A DNA stretch of 28,644 nt, taken from NCBI GenBank assembly GCA_044238565.1, contig JBIIDD010000001.1, forward strand, positions 1 through 28,644. Direction: 5' to 3'. The stretch's first letter is position 1. Each line of letters starts with the position of its first letter. The DNA comes from Candidatus Nanopelagicales bacterium (GTDB taxonomy: Bacteria; Actinomycetota; Actinomycetes; S36-B12). The position numbers and the translations under genes are program-made. The notes beneath the pieces were generated by a model, which worked only from the letters and a program-made list of their open reading frames with translations, did no database searches and was not told the origin of the DNA. Below are positions 16,871-27,441 of the stretch, in pieces.

Positions 16871-17730
16871 TGACCGGCGACCGGATGCTCTCCGCGGGGG
16901 ACATCGTGCAGATCACCGACGACCGCGGGCGCCACCACACCCTCGTGCTGCAGCCTGGCGCGACATTCCACACCCATCGGGGTTCCATCTCTCACGATGA
17001 CCTGCTGGGGCGCCCCGAGGGCATCGTGGTGACCACCACGGGAGGCACGTCCTACGTCGCGCTGCGCTCGCTGCTCGAAGACTTCGTCCTCTCCATGCCG
17101 AGGGGTGCTGCGGTCATCTACCCCAAGGACTCGGGTCGAATCGCGATGCTCACCGGCTTGCGACCCGGCTGGTCCGTGCTCGAGGCAGGCGCGGGCTCGG
17201 GTGCGCTCACCTGCACGCTCATCCAGACCGTGGGGATCCAGGGGCGAGTCGTTTCCTGCGAGCGGCGTCCTGACTTCGCCGAGACCGCGCGTGCCAACGT
17301 CACACGCTGGTTCGGAGACCAGCCCGCCAATTGGACACTCCACATCGGAGATCTCGCGGATCGCCCCTGGGCGGATGAGGCGCCCTTCGATGCGGTGGTG
17401 CTCGACATGCTGGATCCCTGGGAGCACGTCGACGCGGTGGCCCATGCCCTGCGCCCTGGAGGAGTGCTCGTCGTCTACGTTGCCACGACGACGCAGCTCT
17501 CGAGGATCGCTGAGGACCTGCGGGCCGACGGGCGATGGACCGAGCCTCGGGCTGAGGAATCCCTGGTGCGCACCTGGCATCTCGAGGGGCTGGCGGTGCG
17601 CCCGGATCACCGCATGGTGGGCCACACGGGCTTCCTCCTCGCGACACGTCGGCTAGCCGAGGGCACGGTGGCTCCACCCAGGCGACGCCGACCCGCCAAG
17701 GGCATGACGGGGTCCAGCACCGGCGCGTGA
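16870..17730 (+). CDS. trmI: tRNA (adenine(58)-N1)-methyltransferase
   Basis: SMPRGAAVIYPKD, EAGAGSGALT, LDMLDPW, RPDHRMVGHTGFL; usual position upstream of arc. Confidence 0.92.
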   Translation: MTGDRMLSAGDIVQITDDRGRHHTLVLQPGATFHTHRGSISHDDLLGRPEGIVVTTTGGTSYVALRSLLEDFVLSMPRGAAVIYPKDSGRIAMLTGLRPGWSVLEAGAGSGALTCTLIQTVGIQGRVVSCERRPDFAETARANVTRWFGDQPANWTLHIGDLADRPWADEAPFDAVVLDMLDPWEHVDAVAHALRPGGVLVVYVATTTQLSRIAEDLRADGRWTEPRAEESLVRTWHLEGLAVRPDHRMVGHTGFLLATRRLAEGTVAPPRRRRPAKGMTGSSTGA

Positions 17731-17793
17731 CAGGCGCGGGGTGCCCATATGTAGGTAGGGTCGAGGAGTAGGAAGCGTCCCGGGAGGAGCGGC

Positions 17794-19446
17794 ATGAGCG
17801 AGCGTGACTCGGCAATGCGCACCCCTGAGGAGCGCCTCCGGGTGGTCGAGTCCGAGCTTGCAGCCGCGCAGTCGCACAACGGCCGTCTCGTGGCGACCCT
17901 GCGCGATGCACGGGAGCAGATCGTCGCGCTCAAGGCGGAGGTCGACCGCCTCGCCGAGCCCCCTGGCAGCTACGGAGTCTTCCTGGCCCGCCTCGACGAC
18001 GGATCCCTCGATGTGGCGGTGGCCGGGCGCAAGATGCGACTTGTCTCGACACCTGACGTCGATGCCTCCTCGCTACAGCCGGGCCAGGAGGTCATGCTCA
18101 ACGAAGCGCTCAACATCGTCGGGGTTCGCGACTTCGAGCGCATCGGCGAGATCGTCATGCTCAAGGAGCTCTTGGCCGATGGCGAACGAGCGCTGGTCAT
18201 CGGTCGCGCCGACGAGGAGCGCGTGGTGGGCCTGGCGGAGCCATTGCGTCAGCGCACCCTGCGCGCGGGGGATTCACTGCTCATGGAGCCCCGCAGCGGC
18301 TATGTCTTCGAAGTCATCCCCAAGTCCGAGGTCGAGGAACTCGTCCTGGAGGAGGTGCCCGACGTCGACTACGCCGACATCGGCGGTCTCGGCAGCCAGA
18401 TCGACGCCATCAAGGACGCCGTCGAGTTGCCCTTCCTGCACCCCGATCTCTTCGAGGAGCACCGGCTCGCACCCCCCAAGGGGATCCTGCTTTACGGGCC
18501 GCCCGGGTGCGGCAAGACCCTCATCGCCAAGGCGGTGGCCAACTCACTGGCCAAGAAGGTCGCCGAGCGCACCGGACGCGAAGAGGGCCGCTCATTCTTC
18601 CTCAACATCAAGGGACCGGAACTGCTCAACAAGTACGTCGGCGAGACGGAGCGTCACATCCGCCTCGTCTTCCAACGAGCGCGTGAGAAGGCTTCCGAGG
18701 GCATGCCGGTCATCGTCTTCTTCGACGAGATGGACTCCCTCTTCCGCACGCGCGGCTCGGGCGTCTCGAGCGATGTCGAGAACACGATCGTTCCTCAGCT
18801 GCTCAGCGAGATCGATGGCGTCGAGAGTCTCGAGAATGTCATTGTCATCGGCGCCTCCAACCGCGAAGACATGATCGATCCCGCGATCCTGCGCCCCGGT
18901 CGCCTCGATGTGAAGATCAAGATCCAGCGCCCTGATGCGGAGGCGGCTCGCGACATCCTCAGCAAGTACCTCACTCCGGGCCTGCCGCTTCACGCCGATG
19001 ACCTGGGTGAGCATGGTGGCGATGCCGAGGTGACCTGCGCCGCGATGATCCAGCGAGCGGTCGAGCGGATGTATTCGGAGGACGACGACAATCGCTTCCT
19101 TGAAGTGACCTACGCCAACGGTGACAAGGAGGTCCTCTACTTCAAGGACTTCAACTCTGGTGCCATGCTGGAGAACATCGTCGCGCGCGCCAAGAAGATG
19201 GCCATCAAGGACTACCTCGACTTCGGCCAGAAGGGCATTCGGGTACAGCATCTGCTGAGCGCGTGCGTCGATGAGTTCCGTGAAAACGAGGACTTGCCCA
19301 ACACCACCAACCCCGATGACTGGGCGCGGATCTCGGGCAAGAAGGGCGAGCGGATCGTCTTCATCCGGACACTCGTCCAGGGCAAGCAGGGCACGGAGGC
19401 CGGGCGCCTCATCGACACGGTGCCCAACACCGGCCAGTACCTCTGA
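17794..19446 (+). CDS. arc: Proteasome-associated AAA ATPase (ARC/Mpa)
   Basis: N-terminal coiled coil, GPPGCGKT Walker A, FFDEMD Walker [10 protein letters not shown]-terminal GQYL docking motif; GGAGG RBS. Confidence 0.97.
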   Translation: MSERDSAMRTPEERLRVVESELAAAQSHNGRLVATLRDAREQIVALKAEVDRLAEPPGSYGVFLARLDDGSLDVAVAGRKMRLVSTPDVDASSLQPGQEVMLNEALNIVGVRDFERIGEIVMLKELLADGERALVIGRADEERVVGLAEPLRQRTLRAGDSLLMEPRSGYVFEVIPKSEVEELVLEEVPDVDYADIGGLGSQIDAIKDAVELPFLHPDLFEEHRLAPPKGILLYGPPGCGKTLIAKAVANSLAKKVAERTGREEGRSFFLNIKGPELLNKYVGETERHIRLVFQRAREKASEGMPVIVFFDEMDSLFRTRGSGVSSDVENTIVPQLLSEIDGVESLENVIVIGASNREDMIDPAILRPGRLDVKIKIQRPDAEAARDILSKYLTPGLPLHADDLGEHGGDAEVTCAAMIQRAVERMYSEDDDNRFLEVTYANGDKEVLYFKDFNSGAMLENIVARAKKMAIKDYLDFGQKGIRVQHLLSACVDEFRENEDLPNTTNPDDWARISGKKGERIVFIRTLVQGKQGTEAGRLIDTVPNTGQYL

Positions 19447-19461
19447 TCGCCGGGTGATCCG

Positions 19462-20976
19462 ATGAGCGTGCACCGTGTCATGGGCATCGAGACCGAATAC
19501 GGCATCAGCGTCCCCGGGCACCCGCACGTCAATGCGATGACGACCTCCTCGGCCGTCGTCACGTCGTACGACGGCATCGCGGTGGGAGACCGGCGCAATC
19601 GCGCTCGATGGGACTTCGACGAGGAGCACCCGCTGCGAGACGCCCGCGGCTACGACATGTCGCGCGCAGAGGCGGACCCCAGTCAGCTCACCGACGAGGA
19701 TCTCGGGCTGGCCAATCTCATCCTGACCAATGGCGCTCGGCTCTATGTCGACCACGCTCATCCGGAGTTCTCGAGTCCTGAGGTGACCAATCCTCGCGAT
19801 GCTGTCCTGTGGGATCGGGCGGGTATGGAGATCATGGCCGACGCCGCGGAGGCGGCCACGCGATCGGGTCCCTTCACGATCCAGCTCTACAAGAACAACA
19901 CCGATAACAAGGGTGCGTCCTACGGGTGCCACGAGAACTACCTCATGCGCCGCGGCACCCCCTTCGCCGATATCGTGCGTGACCTCACCCCCTTCTTCGT
20001 CACGCGGCAGATCTTCGCGGGGGCCGGGCGAGTGGGCCGGGGCCAGGAGGGGCGGGATCCCGGCTTCCAGCTCTCACAGCGCGCGGACTTCTTCGAGGTC
20101 GAGGTCGGGCTCGAGACGACGCTCAAGCGTCCGATCATCAACACGCGCGACGAGCCGCATGCCGATCCGGAGAGGCATCGCCGCCTCCACGTGATCGTGG
20201 GTGACGCCAACCTGGCCGAGGCCGCCACCTATCTCAAAATGGGCAGCACCTCACTCGTGCTCGCCATCATCGAGAGCGGGGGAATGCCCGAGGAACTGGT
20301 CCTCGCTGATCCGGTCCGCGAGATCCATGCCGTCTCCCATGACCCGACCCTGCGTCATCGCCTGACGCTCCGGGATGGCCGCCGCCTCACGGCACTCGAG
20401 ATTCAGCGCGTCTATCTCGAGGCGGCGGCAGACTTCGCTGAGCGACAGGCGGTCGCCGGCGTCGATGCGCAGACGGTCGACATCCTCCAGCGCTGGGATC
20501 GTGTTCTCGTCGACCTCGCCGCTGACCCTCGCCTCGCTGCCGATCGCGTGGATTGGGCGGCGAAGCTCAGTCTCCTCGATGGTTATCGCAGGCGCGATGG
20601 CCTCGACTGGGATAGCGCGCGTCTCGAGCTCGTCGACCTCCAGTACGCCGACATCCGCCCCGCGCGCGGTCTGGCACTCAAGCTGGAGGCGTCCGGGCGC
20701 CTCGAGCGGCTCACGACGCCGGGTGATGTCGATCGGGCCCGTGAGCATCCGCCGGCCGACACCCGGGCGTACTTCCGGGGGGAGTGCCTTCGGCGCTACG
20801 GGGATGCCGTTGCGGCCGCGTCGTGGGACTCGGTCATCTTCGATATCCCCGGCCAGGACGCGCTCCAGCGCGTCCCGACCCTCGAGCCTGTCCGTGGCAC
20901 GAAGGATCACGTGGGCAGCCTCCTTGACTCGGCGAGCACGGCGGAGGAGCTGCTGGAGGCCCTCCGCGGCACGTGA
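19462..20976 (+). CDS. dop: Depupylase/deamidase Dop
   Basis: [56 protein letters not shown]. Confidence 0.96.
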   Translation: MSVHRVMGIETEYGISVPGHPHVNAMTTSSAVVTSYDGIAVGDRRNRARWDFDEEHPLRDARGYDMSRAEADPSQLTDEDLGLANLILTNGARLYVDHAHPEFSSPEVTNPRDAVLWDRAGMEIMADAAEAATRSGPFTIQLYKNNTDNKGASYGCHENYLMRRGTPFADIVRDLTPFFVTRQIFAGAGRVGRGQEGRDPGFQLSQRADFFEVEVGLETTLKRPIINTRDEPHADPERHRRLHVIVGDANLAEAATYLKMGSTSLVLAIIESGGMPEELVLADPVREIHAVSHDPTLRHRLTLRDGRRLTALEIQRVYLEAAADFAERQAVAGVDAQTVDILQRWDRVLVDLAADPRLAADRVDWAAKLSLLDGYRRRDGLDWDSARLELVDLQYADIRPARGLALKLEASGRLERLTTPGDVDRAREHPPADTRAYFRGECLRRYGDAVAAASWDSVIFDIPGQDALQRVPTLEPVRGTKDHVGSLLDSASTAEELLEALRGT

Positions 20977-21031
20977 GGGAGCGCGGCAGGGCCCTGCAGC
21001 CCGCAGGACGGCGTAGGGGCCCCACGGCGTC

Positions 21032-21037
21032 TAGGGT
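21032..21037 (+). promoter_or_regulatory. -10 element (TAGGGT) 6 nt before the pup ATG; leaderless pup-prcB-prcA-pafA transcript
   Basis: TANNNT-N6-ATG with no SD. Confidence 0.55.
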
Positions 21038-21043
21038 GTAGCC

Positions 21044-21235
21044 ATGAGCACCCAGGACAGTCAGCGTCGCTCCACCCGCACCGGGCAGGAAGAGCACGAC
21101 GAGGTCATCCTGCCTGAGCGTGCTCCCAGCGACATCGATGCCGACGTCGACGCGATCCTCGACGAAATCGATGAGGTCCTCGAGGAGAACGCCGAGGAGT
21201 TCGTGAAGTCCTTCGTCCAGAAGGGCGGCGAGTGA
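21044..21235 (+). CDS. pup: Prokaryotic ubiquitin-like protein Pup (C-terminal GGE)
   Basis: [28 protein letters not shown], located between dop and prcB. Confidence 0.97.
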   Translation: MSTQDSQRRSTRTGQEEHDEVILPERAPSDIDADVDAILDEIDEVLEENAEEFVKSFVQKGGE

Positions 21236-22074
21236 CGGTGGATCGGGCCCGGGGCCTGCCCAGGGCCTTCATGGCCCACGGCTCCTCGTTCGCCGATTTC
21301 CTGGCCCATTCCGGGCAGTGGCCGGCCCCCGATGTGACCCTGTCCGGCATGGGCAGCGTCGACGTTCCGCACGCGACCACGATCGTGGCACTCGCGACAG
21401 CAGACGGCATCGTGATGGCGGGTGATCGTCGCGCGACGATGGGCAACATCATCGCGCAGCGCGACATCGAGAAGGTCTTTCCGGCTGATGAGCACTCTGT
21501 CGTGGGCATCGCAGGAGCGGCGGGGGTCGCCGTCGAGCTCGTCAGGCTCTTCCAGGTCGAGCTCGAGCACTACGAGAAGATCGAGGGCTTGCCACTCTCG
21601 CTGGATGGCAAGGCCAACCGCCTCGCCACCCTCCTGCGGGGCAATCTCGGAATGGCGATGCAGGGCCTTGCGGTGGTCCCCCTCTTCGCCGGATACGACC
21701 TGGACCGGGGGCGTGGCCGCATCTTCTCCTACGACGTCACGGGTGGACGCTACGAGGAGCGCGATCACCACGCCGTGGGGTCGGGTTCCGTCTTTGCCCG
21801 AGGATCTCTGAAGAAGCTGTATCGCTCGGGCATGTCGACCGAGGACGGCGTGATGGCGTCGGTCGAGGCGCTCTACGACGCCGCGGACGATGACTCGGCG
21901 ACCGGGGGCCCTGATCTCACGCGCAGGATCTTCCCGGTCATCGCCGTGTCCGATGCCGAAGGTGTGCGCATGCTGCCCGATGCCGAGGTCGGATCGGTCG
22001 TCGAGCGAGTCGTCGGTGCGCGACTCACGAGTCCCGACGGGCCCAAGGCTTCGCTGCCCGGGAGTGCGCGATGA
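21232..22074 (+). CDS. prcB: 20S proteasome beta subunit (48-aa propeptide, Thr1 at residue 49)
   Basis: HA|[36 protein letters not shown]; GTGA overlap with pup. Confidence 0.96.
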   Translation: MTVDRARGLPRAFMAHGSSFADFLAHSGQWPAPDVTLSGMGSVDVPHATTIVALATADGIVMAGDRRATMGNIIAQRDIEKVFPADEHSVVGIAGAAGVAVELVRLFQVELEHYEKIEGLPLSLDGKANRLATLLRGNLGMAMQGLAVVPLFAGYDLDRGRGRIFSYDVTGGRYEERDHHAVGSGSVFARGSLKKLYRSGMSTEDGVMASVEALYDAADDDSATGGPDLTRRIFPVIAVSDAEGVRMLPDAEVGSVVERVVGARLTSPDGPKASLPGSAR

Positions 22075-22826
22075 CGGTGCCCTTCTATGTCTCGCCCGAG
22101 CAGATCATCAAGGACAAGGCGGACTACGCCCGCAAGGGCATCGCCCGAGGTCGCAGCGTCGTCGTCCTGCAGTACGACGGGGGAATCCTCTTCGTCGCGG
22201 AGAATCCCTCGCGGTCCCTGCACAAGATCTCGGAGATCTACGATCGCATCGGCTTTGCGGCGGTAGGCAAGTACAACGAGTTCGAGAACCTCCGAGTCGC
22301 AGGAGTGCGACTGGCCGATATGCGCGGCTATGCCTACGACCGTCGCGATGTCACGGGTCGCAGTCTCGCCAACGCCTACGCCCAGACCCTCGGCTCGATC
22401 TTCACCGAGACCACCAAGCCCTACGAGGTCGAGCTCGTGGTGGCCGAGGTGGGTCATGAGTCCGACCAGGACGAGATCTACCGGCTCACCTTCGACGGCT
22501 CCGTAGCCGACGAACACGGCTATGTCGCCATGGGAGGCCAGGCGGACGAGGTGGCCGAGTCCTTGGGCGCATCGTGGCGACCGGGCATGTCCCTCGACGA
22601 GGCCGTGCGCTCGGCCGTCGCTGCCCTCAGCACGACCGCGTCGGCGCCTCCAGGACCGGAGCAGTGGGAAGCGGCCATCCTCGAGCGCAGCCGACCCCGG
22701 CGCACCTTCCGGCGTCTCAGCGCCGATCGCCTGGCCGGCATCCTCGGCGTGGCGCGGCCCGAGCCGCCCGCGCCCGGAGTCGCCGAATCCCCAGATCTTC
22801 CCGCCACCGGGGGCGAGGTGCCTTAG
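22071..22826 (+). CDS. prcA: 20S proteasome alpha subunit
   Basis: [43 protein letters not shown]; ATGA overlap with prcB. Confidence 0.96.
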   Translation: MTVPFYVSPEQIIKDKADYARKGIARGRSVVVLQYDGGILFVAENPSRSLHKISEIYDRIGFAAVGKYNEFENLRVAGVRLADMRGYAYDRRDVTGRSLANAYAQTLGSIFTETTKPYEVELVVAEVGHESDQDEIYRLTFDGSVADEHGYVAMGGQADEVAESLGASWRPGMSLDEAVRSAVAALSTTASAPPGPEQWEAAILERSRPRRTFRRLSADRLAGILGVARPEPPAPGVAESPDLPATGGEVP

Positions 22827-22828
22827 CG

Positions 22829-24199
22829 GTGGACCGGCGCATCTTCGGGATCGAGACGGAGTACGGCATCACGTGCACCTTCCGAGGTCAGCGCCGTCTG
22901 AGCCCTGACGAGGTTGCCAGGTATCTCTTCCGGCGCGTCGTCTCATGGGGTCGGAGCAGCAACGTCTTCCTGCGCAATGGATCGAGGCTCTACCTCGACG
23001 TGGGCAGCCATCCGGAGTACGCCACCGCCGAGTGCGACGACGTCATCCAGTTGATCACCCACGACCGAGCAGGGGAGCGGATCCTCGAGGGACTGCTCGT
23101 CGATGCCGAACGCCGCCTCAACGACGAGGGCATCGCCGGCGATGTCTACCTCTTCAAGAACAACACCGATAGCGCCGGCAACTCCTACGGATGCCATGAG
23201 AACTACCTGGTGGCCCGCCACGGTGAGTTCCAGCGCCTCGCCGACTCGATCCTGCCCTTCCTGGTCTCCCGTCAGGTGATCTGCGGTGCGGGCAAGGTCC
23301 AGCAGACCCCCCGAGGGGCCGTCTACTGCATCAGTCAGAGGGCCGATCACATCTGGGAGGGCGTGTCGAGCGCCACGACGCGCAGTCGGCCCATCATCAA
23401 CACGCGCGATGAGCCCCACGCGGATGCAGAGCGGTACCGGCGACTCCACGTCATCGTCGGTGACTCCAATATGAGCGAGACGACGACACTGCTCAAGGTG
23501 GCGTCAGCAGATCTCGTGCTGCGCATGCTCGAGTCCGGGGTCGTGCTGCGCGACCTCTCCCTCGAGAATCCCATCCGAGCCATCCGCGAGATCAGCCACG
23601 ACCCGACCGGGCAGCGCACCGTCCGACTGGCCAATGGCCGCGAGCTCACGGGGCTGCAGATCCAGTCGGAGTACTACGACAAGGCCCGGGATTTCGCCGA
23701 CCGGCAGGGTCTGGCCGACGACCCCGGTGGGGTCTACGCACGGTGCCTCGACCTGTGGGAGCGCACTCTCAAGGCCGTGGAGACAGGGGACCTCTCCGGC
23801 ATCCAGGAGGAGATCGACTGGGTGATCAAGAAGACGCTCATCGATCGCTACATGGCGAAGCATGGCCTGACGCTCTCCGATCCGAGGATCGCGCAACTCG
23901 ACCTTGCGTATCACGACGTCACGCGATCACGCGGTCTGTTCTACCTCCTCGAACGCCACGGCAAGGCGGCGCGCGTCACCCACGAGCCCGCGGTCTTCGA
24001 GGCGAAGTCGATCCCGCCTCAGACCACTCGGGCGCGATTGCGCGGCGAATTCATCCGACGTGCCCAGGAGCGCCGACGCGACTTCACGGTCGACTGGGTG
24101 CACCTGAAGCTCAACGACCAGGCTCAGCGGACCGTGCTGTGTAAGGACCCCTTCGCGAGTGTCGATGAGCGTGTCGAGAAGCTCATCGCGAGCATGTAG
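22829..24199 (+). CDS. pafA: Pup--protein ligase, 456 aa
   Basis: [62 protein letters not shown]. Confidence 0.96.
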   Translation: MDRRIFGIETEYGITCTFRGQRRLSPDEVARYLFRRVVSWGRSSNVFLRNGSRLYLDVGSHPEYATAECDDVIQLITHDRAGERILEGLLVDAERRLNDEGIAGDVYLFKNNTDSAGNSYGCHENYLVARHGEFQRLADSILPFLVSRQVICGAGKVQQTPRGAVYCISQRADHIWEGVSSATTRSRPIINTRDEPHADAERYRRLHVIVGDSNMSETTTLLKVASADLVLRMLESGVVLRDLSLENPIRAIREISHDPTGQRTVRLANGRELTGLQIQSEYYDKARDFADRQGLADDPGGVYARCLDLWERTLKAVETGDLSGIQEEIDWVIKKTLIDRYMAKHGLTLSDPRIAQLDLAYHDVTRSRGLFYLLERHGKAARVTHEPAVFEAKSIPPQTTRARLRGEFIRRAQERRRDFTVDWVHLKLNDQAQRTVLCKDPFASVDERVEKLIASM

Positions 24200-24225
24200 G
24201 TGTGCCCACTACTAGGGTGGTGCGC

Positions 24226-24828
24226 ATGAAGAAGCCCCTCCTCGTCGTCTCTGCATGCTTCGCCGCACTCGCGCTCGCCGCCTGCGGCTCCGGCGGTTCC
24301 TCGTCGGAGACCACCTCCGCGGCACCCGACTCCTCCTCGGCCGCCCCCGGCGTGCCCTGGTCGACGAGCGACTGCACCCAGATCGTCTCTCCGACGACGA
24401 CCGACGCGCCGCCGGAGGGGTCCGTCGTGGAGGGCGAGGTCGCTACGACCACCGACGTCGCTGTCGCACCCACGGTGGCCGTCCTGCAGGGTGCCGTCCC
24501 GGCCACCGCACTCGTCACGGCTGACGTCGTCCCAGGATCCGGAGACGAAGTGGCCGCGGGTGCCACGGTGACCGTGCAGTACTGCGGCGTGGGCCTGGCG
24601 TCCGGAGCGGTCTTCGACTCCTCCTGGGCTCGCGGGGAGCCCGTGAGCTTCCCGCTGAGCGGGGTCATCAAGGGCTGGCAGGACGGCATACCCGGCATGA
24701 AGCCCGGTGGCAGGCGTCTTCTCATCATTCCCGGCGCGGACGCCTATGGCCCGCAGCCGCCCCCCGGCTCGGGCATCCAGCCCGACGAGACCCTGATCTT
24801 CGTCGTCGACATGATCTCCAGCCCCTGA
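24226..24828 (+). CDS. FKBP-type peptidyl-prolyl isomerase, lipoprotein, 200 aa
   Basis: MKK-hydrophobic-LAAC lipobox, S/T/P-rich linker, FDSSW.RG, VIKGWQDG, GGRRLLIIP; TAGGGT-N7-ATG. Confidence 0.88.
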   Translation: MKKPLLVVSACFAALALAACGSGGSSSETTSAAPDSSSAAPGVPWSTSDCTQIVSPTTTDAPPEGSVVEGEVATTTDVAVAPTVAVLQGAVPATALVTADVVPGSGDEVAAGATVTVQYCGVGLASGAVFDSSWARGEPVSFPLSGVIKGWQDGIPGMKPGGRRLLIIPGADAYGPQPPPGSGIQPDETLIFVVDMISSP

Positions 24829-24841
24829 CGGAAGGAACGAC

Positions 24842-25201
24842 ATGACCGAGAAGCCCGAGATCGATTTCATCGGGGGCCCGGCGCCCAGCGAGTTGGTCAT
24901 CACCGACCTCATCGTGGGAGACGGCGCCGAGGCGAAGCCCGGCGACCAGGTGCTCGTGCACTACGTCGGTGTCGACTTCGAGACCGGTGAGCAGTTCGAC
25001 GCCTCCTGGGATAGGGGAGAGGCGATCCGCTTCCCCCTGGCCGGCCTCATCGCGGGGTGGCAGGAGGGGATCCCCGGCATGCGCGTCGGGGGCCGGCGGC
25101 AGCTCGTCATCCCCCCGGCGCTGGCGTACGGCGAGAGCGGTGCTCACCGACTCGCAGGCCGCACCCTCGTCTTCGTGATCGACCTTCTCGCCGTGGGCTG
25201 A
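24842..25201 (+). CDS. FKBP-type peptidyl-prolyl isomerase, cytoplasmic
   Basis: VHYVGV, FDASWDRG, LIAGWQEG, GGRRQLVIPP.LAYG; GGAAGG RBS. Confidence 0.92.
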   Translation: MTEKPEIDFIGGPAPSELVITDLIVGDGAEAKPGDQVLVHYVGVDFETGEQFDASWDRGEAIRFPLAGLIAGWQEGIPGMRVGGRRQLVIPPALAYGESGAHRLAGRTLVFVIDLLAVG

Positions 25202-25209
25202 GTCTGACG

Positions 25210-26145
25210 ATGGCGACCGATCGCACGGAGCGCCTGCTCAATCTCGTCATCTGCCTGCTAGGGGCCAAGCGGCCCGTCAGCCGTGCGGCTCTGCGCGAGG
25301 GCATCCCCGGCTACGGAGATGCCGCGAGCGATGAGGCATTCGAGCGGATGTTCGAGCGCGATAAGGACGAGCTGCGCCAGATGGGGATTCCCATCGACAC
25401 CGTCGTCAACGTCCAGGGCGAGGTCGAGGGCTACCTCATCGATGAAGACGCCTACGCCATGCCCGACATGGATTTCGATCCGGCAGAGCGCGCCGTGCTC
25501 GGGCTTGCGGCTCGTGTGTGGAGCGAGGCCGCCCTCACCGCCGAAGCGGGTGCGGCACTGCGCAAGCTCGAGGCGGCGACAGGTGATCGGTGGTCGCCGC
25601 TCCTCCCTGGTCGTCCGGGCACCGGCGAGGAGGCGCTGCCCCTGCTCTGGGAGGCGATCCGTTCGCGCACGGTCGTCCGCTTCCCGTATCTGGCACGTGG
25701 GCGCGAGATCGTCGAAGAGCGCACGGTGGAACCCTGGGCGACCGCATATCGCGGAGGGGCGTGGTACCTCATCGGACGCAGCCGCGAACGTGATGCAGGT
25801 CGTGCCTTCCGGCTTTCTCGAATTCGAGGCTCGGTCACTCGCACGCGCGAGCAGTTTCCCGCCGCGGATCGCGTCGATATCGAACGCCTCCTGGATGAAC
25901 TCGTCGACCCAGAGACCAAGGGCACGGCACGCATCTCACTTCCCGATCACGGGGCAGCGCGCCTGCGTGCTCTTGCCCGGCAGCGCGGTGACGGCACATG
26001 GGAGGTCGACTACACGGATCTCGGCATCCTTGTGGCTGAGGTCATCGAGGCGGGCGGCATGCTCGTGGAGCCGGGCTCCGCGGCTGACGATCAACGTCGC
26101 GCACTGCTCACGGTGGCCCAGGTGCATGGGGAACCCCATGCGTGA
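25210..26145 (+). CDS. pafB: HTH-WYL transcriptional regulator PafB, 311 aa
   Basis: ERLLNLVICLL, FERMFERDKDELR.MGIP, GAWYLIG, FRLSRI. Confidence 0.92.
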   Translation: MATDRTERLLNLVICLLGAKRPVSRAALREGIPGYGDAASDEAFERMFERDKDELRQMGIPIDTVVNVQGEVEGYLIDEDAYAMPDMDFDPAERAVLGLAARVWSEAALTAEAGAALRKLEAATGDRWSPLLPGRPGTGEEALPLLWEAIRSRTVVRFPYLARGREIVEERTVEPWATAYRGGAWYLIGRSRERDAGRAFRLSRIRGSVTRTREQFPAADRVDIERLLDELVDPETKGTARISLPDHGAARLRALARQRGDGTWEVDYTDLGILVAEVIEAGGMLVEPGSAADDQRRALLTVAQVHGEPHA

Positions 26146-27085
26146 GACGGCGGCAGCACGCCTCTCGAGACTCCTGGCCCTTGTGCCGTGGCTCGAGCAG
26201 CATCCGGGGGTGTCGATCCTCGAAGCAGCGGATCATTTCGGAGTTGCCCCGGCGGAGTTGGAGCAGGATCTGTGGCTCACCATCTGCTGCGGCCTGCCCG
26301 GTCATGGGCCGGACCAACTCATCGACATCCAGTTCTGGGATGAGGACGGCAGCATTCAGGTCATCGATCCGCAGACGCTCGATCGCCCCCTGCGGCTTCG
26401 CCCCGCTGAGGCGATGTCCCTGCTCGTGGGCCTGCGCATGCTCGCGCAGGTTCCGGGGGAGCACGACCGATCGGCGCTGGCGAGTGCCACAGCGAAGCTG
26501 GAGACGGCTGCCGACGTCGGTGAGGAGGCGGCCGTGCTGCTCGACGCTCCACTCGATGACTTCGCTCACGAGATCGCTCGGGCCATCCGCGAAGCACGGG
26601 TGGTCCGCCTCGTCTACGCCGGGGCGAGCCGCGATGTGGTTTCGGAGCGCAGCATCGAACCCACGGCGATCGTGCACCATGCCGGTAGGTCGTATGTGAC
26701 GGCATGGTGCCGAGACGCAGGAGCTCAGCGCACCTTCCGCCTCGATCGCGTTCGCTCGGTCGAGGTTCTGGGCGATGTTGCCGGCGTGGCTGGCGTGCGG
26801 CCAGAGGCCACCGGTGACGTGACCCCGCGCGACGGTGTGCGCGTGCGGGTCCGCGTCCTCCCGCGCTCGCGCTGGCTTCTCGAGGCCTTCGAGCCCACGG
26901 AGGTGGTGGCAGGCGAGGGCGACGAGCAGGAGGCCACCCTTGTGGTCGCCGACCCTGCCTGGCTGGTCCGCATCGTCATGGGGCAGGCAGGGGGAGTGGA
27001 GGTCCTGGAGCCTGCCGAGGTGCGGCTGCAGGTGCGCGACGCCGCCCTGGCCGCACTCGACCGTATGGGGTCCGCTGCCCCCTAG
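26138..27085 (+). CDS. pafC: HTH-WYL transcriptional regulator PafC, 315 aa
   Basis: RLSRLLALVPWL, CGLPGHGPDQLIDI, Y..AWC, RTFRLDRV; 8-nt overlap with pafB. Confidence 0.92.
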   Translation: MRETAAARLSRLLALVPWLEQHPGVSILEAADHFGVAPAELEQDLWLTICCGLPGHGPDQLIDIQFWDEDGSIQVIDPQTLDRPLRLRPAEAMSLLVGLRMLAQVPGEHDRSALASATAKLETAADVGEEAAVLLDAPLDDFAHEIARAIREARVVRLVYAGASRDVVSERSIEPTAIVHHAGRSYVTAWCRDAGAQRTFRLDRVRSVEVLGDVAGVAGVRPEATGDVTPRDGVRVRVRVLPRSRWLLEAFEPTEVVAGEGDEQEATLVVADPAWLVRIVMGQAGGVEVLEPAEVRLQVRDAALAALDRMGSAAP

Positions 27086-27156
27086 GGTGACCCGAAGCCT
27101 CGTGTGCGGCGTCTGCGGGGGTTACCATGGCGGGACGCGCGACGAAAGGGGCTGCG

Positions 27157-27438
27157 ATGCCGTTCAACCTGAGGGGACCCGAACTCCTCGTTCTCGTCCT
27201 CATCATCCTGCTCCTCTTCGGTGCCAAGCGCCTGCCCGACGTCGCGCGCGGCCTCGGCCGTTCACTGCGCATCTTCAAGGCCGAGACCAAGGACCTCCAG
27301 GGGGCCGATGCCCCGGAGAGTGCCGACGCACCGGCTGCCGTCGAAGGTGCCGCTCCCCAGGCCACGCTTCCGCCCGCTCCCGCAGCGGAGGCGAGCCCGG
27401 CTCCTGCCAAGCCTCAGGCAGAGCGCGCCGAGAGCTGA
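27157..27438 (+). CDS. tatA: Twin-arginine translocase subunit TatA, 93 aa
   Basis: LLLFGAKRLPDVARGLGRSLRIFKAE. GAAAGGGG SD before ATG 27157; TACCAT -10 at 27123-27128. Confidence 0.93.
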   Translation: MPFNLRGPELLVLVLIILLLFGAKRLPDVARGLGRSLRIFKAETKDLQGADAPESADAPAAVEGAAPQATLPPAPAAEASPAPAKPQAERAES

Positions 27439-27441
27439 GCC

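Noticed and set aside
18592-19932. 446-aa ORF antisense to arc/dop
   Set aside because: Opposite-strand shadow of conserved genes; no recognisable domain or start signal.
25057-26137. Long upstream extensions of the pafB (from 25057) and pafC (from 25283) ORFs
   Set aside because: They overlap the upstream FKBP and pafB genes in other frames; homology begins at 25210 and 26138.
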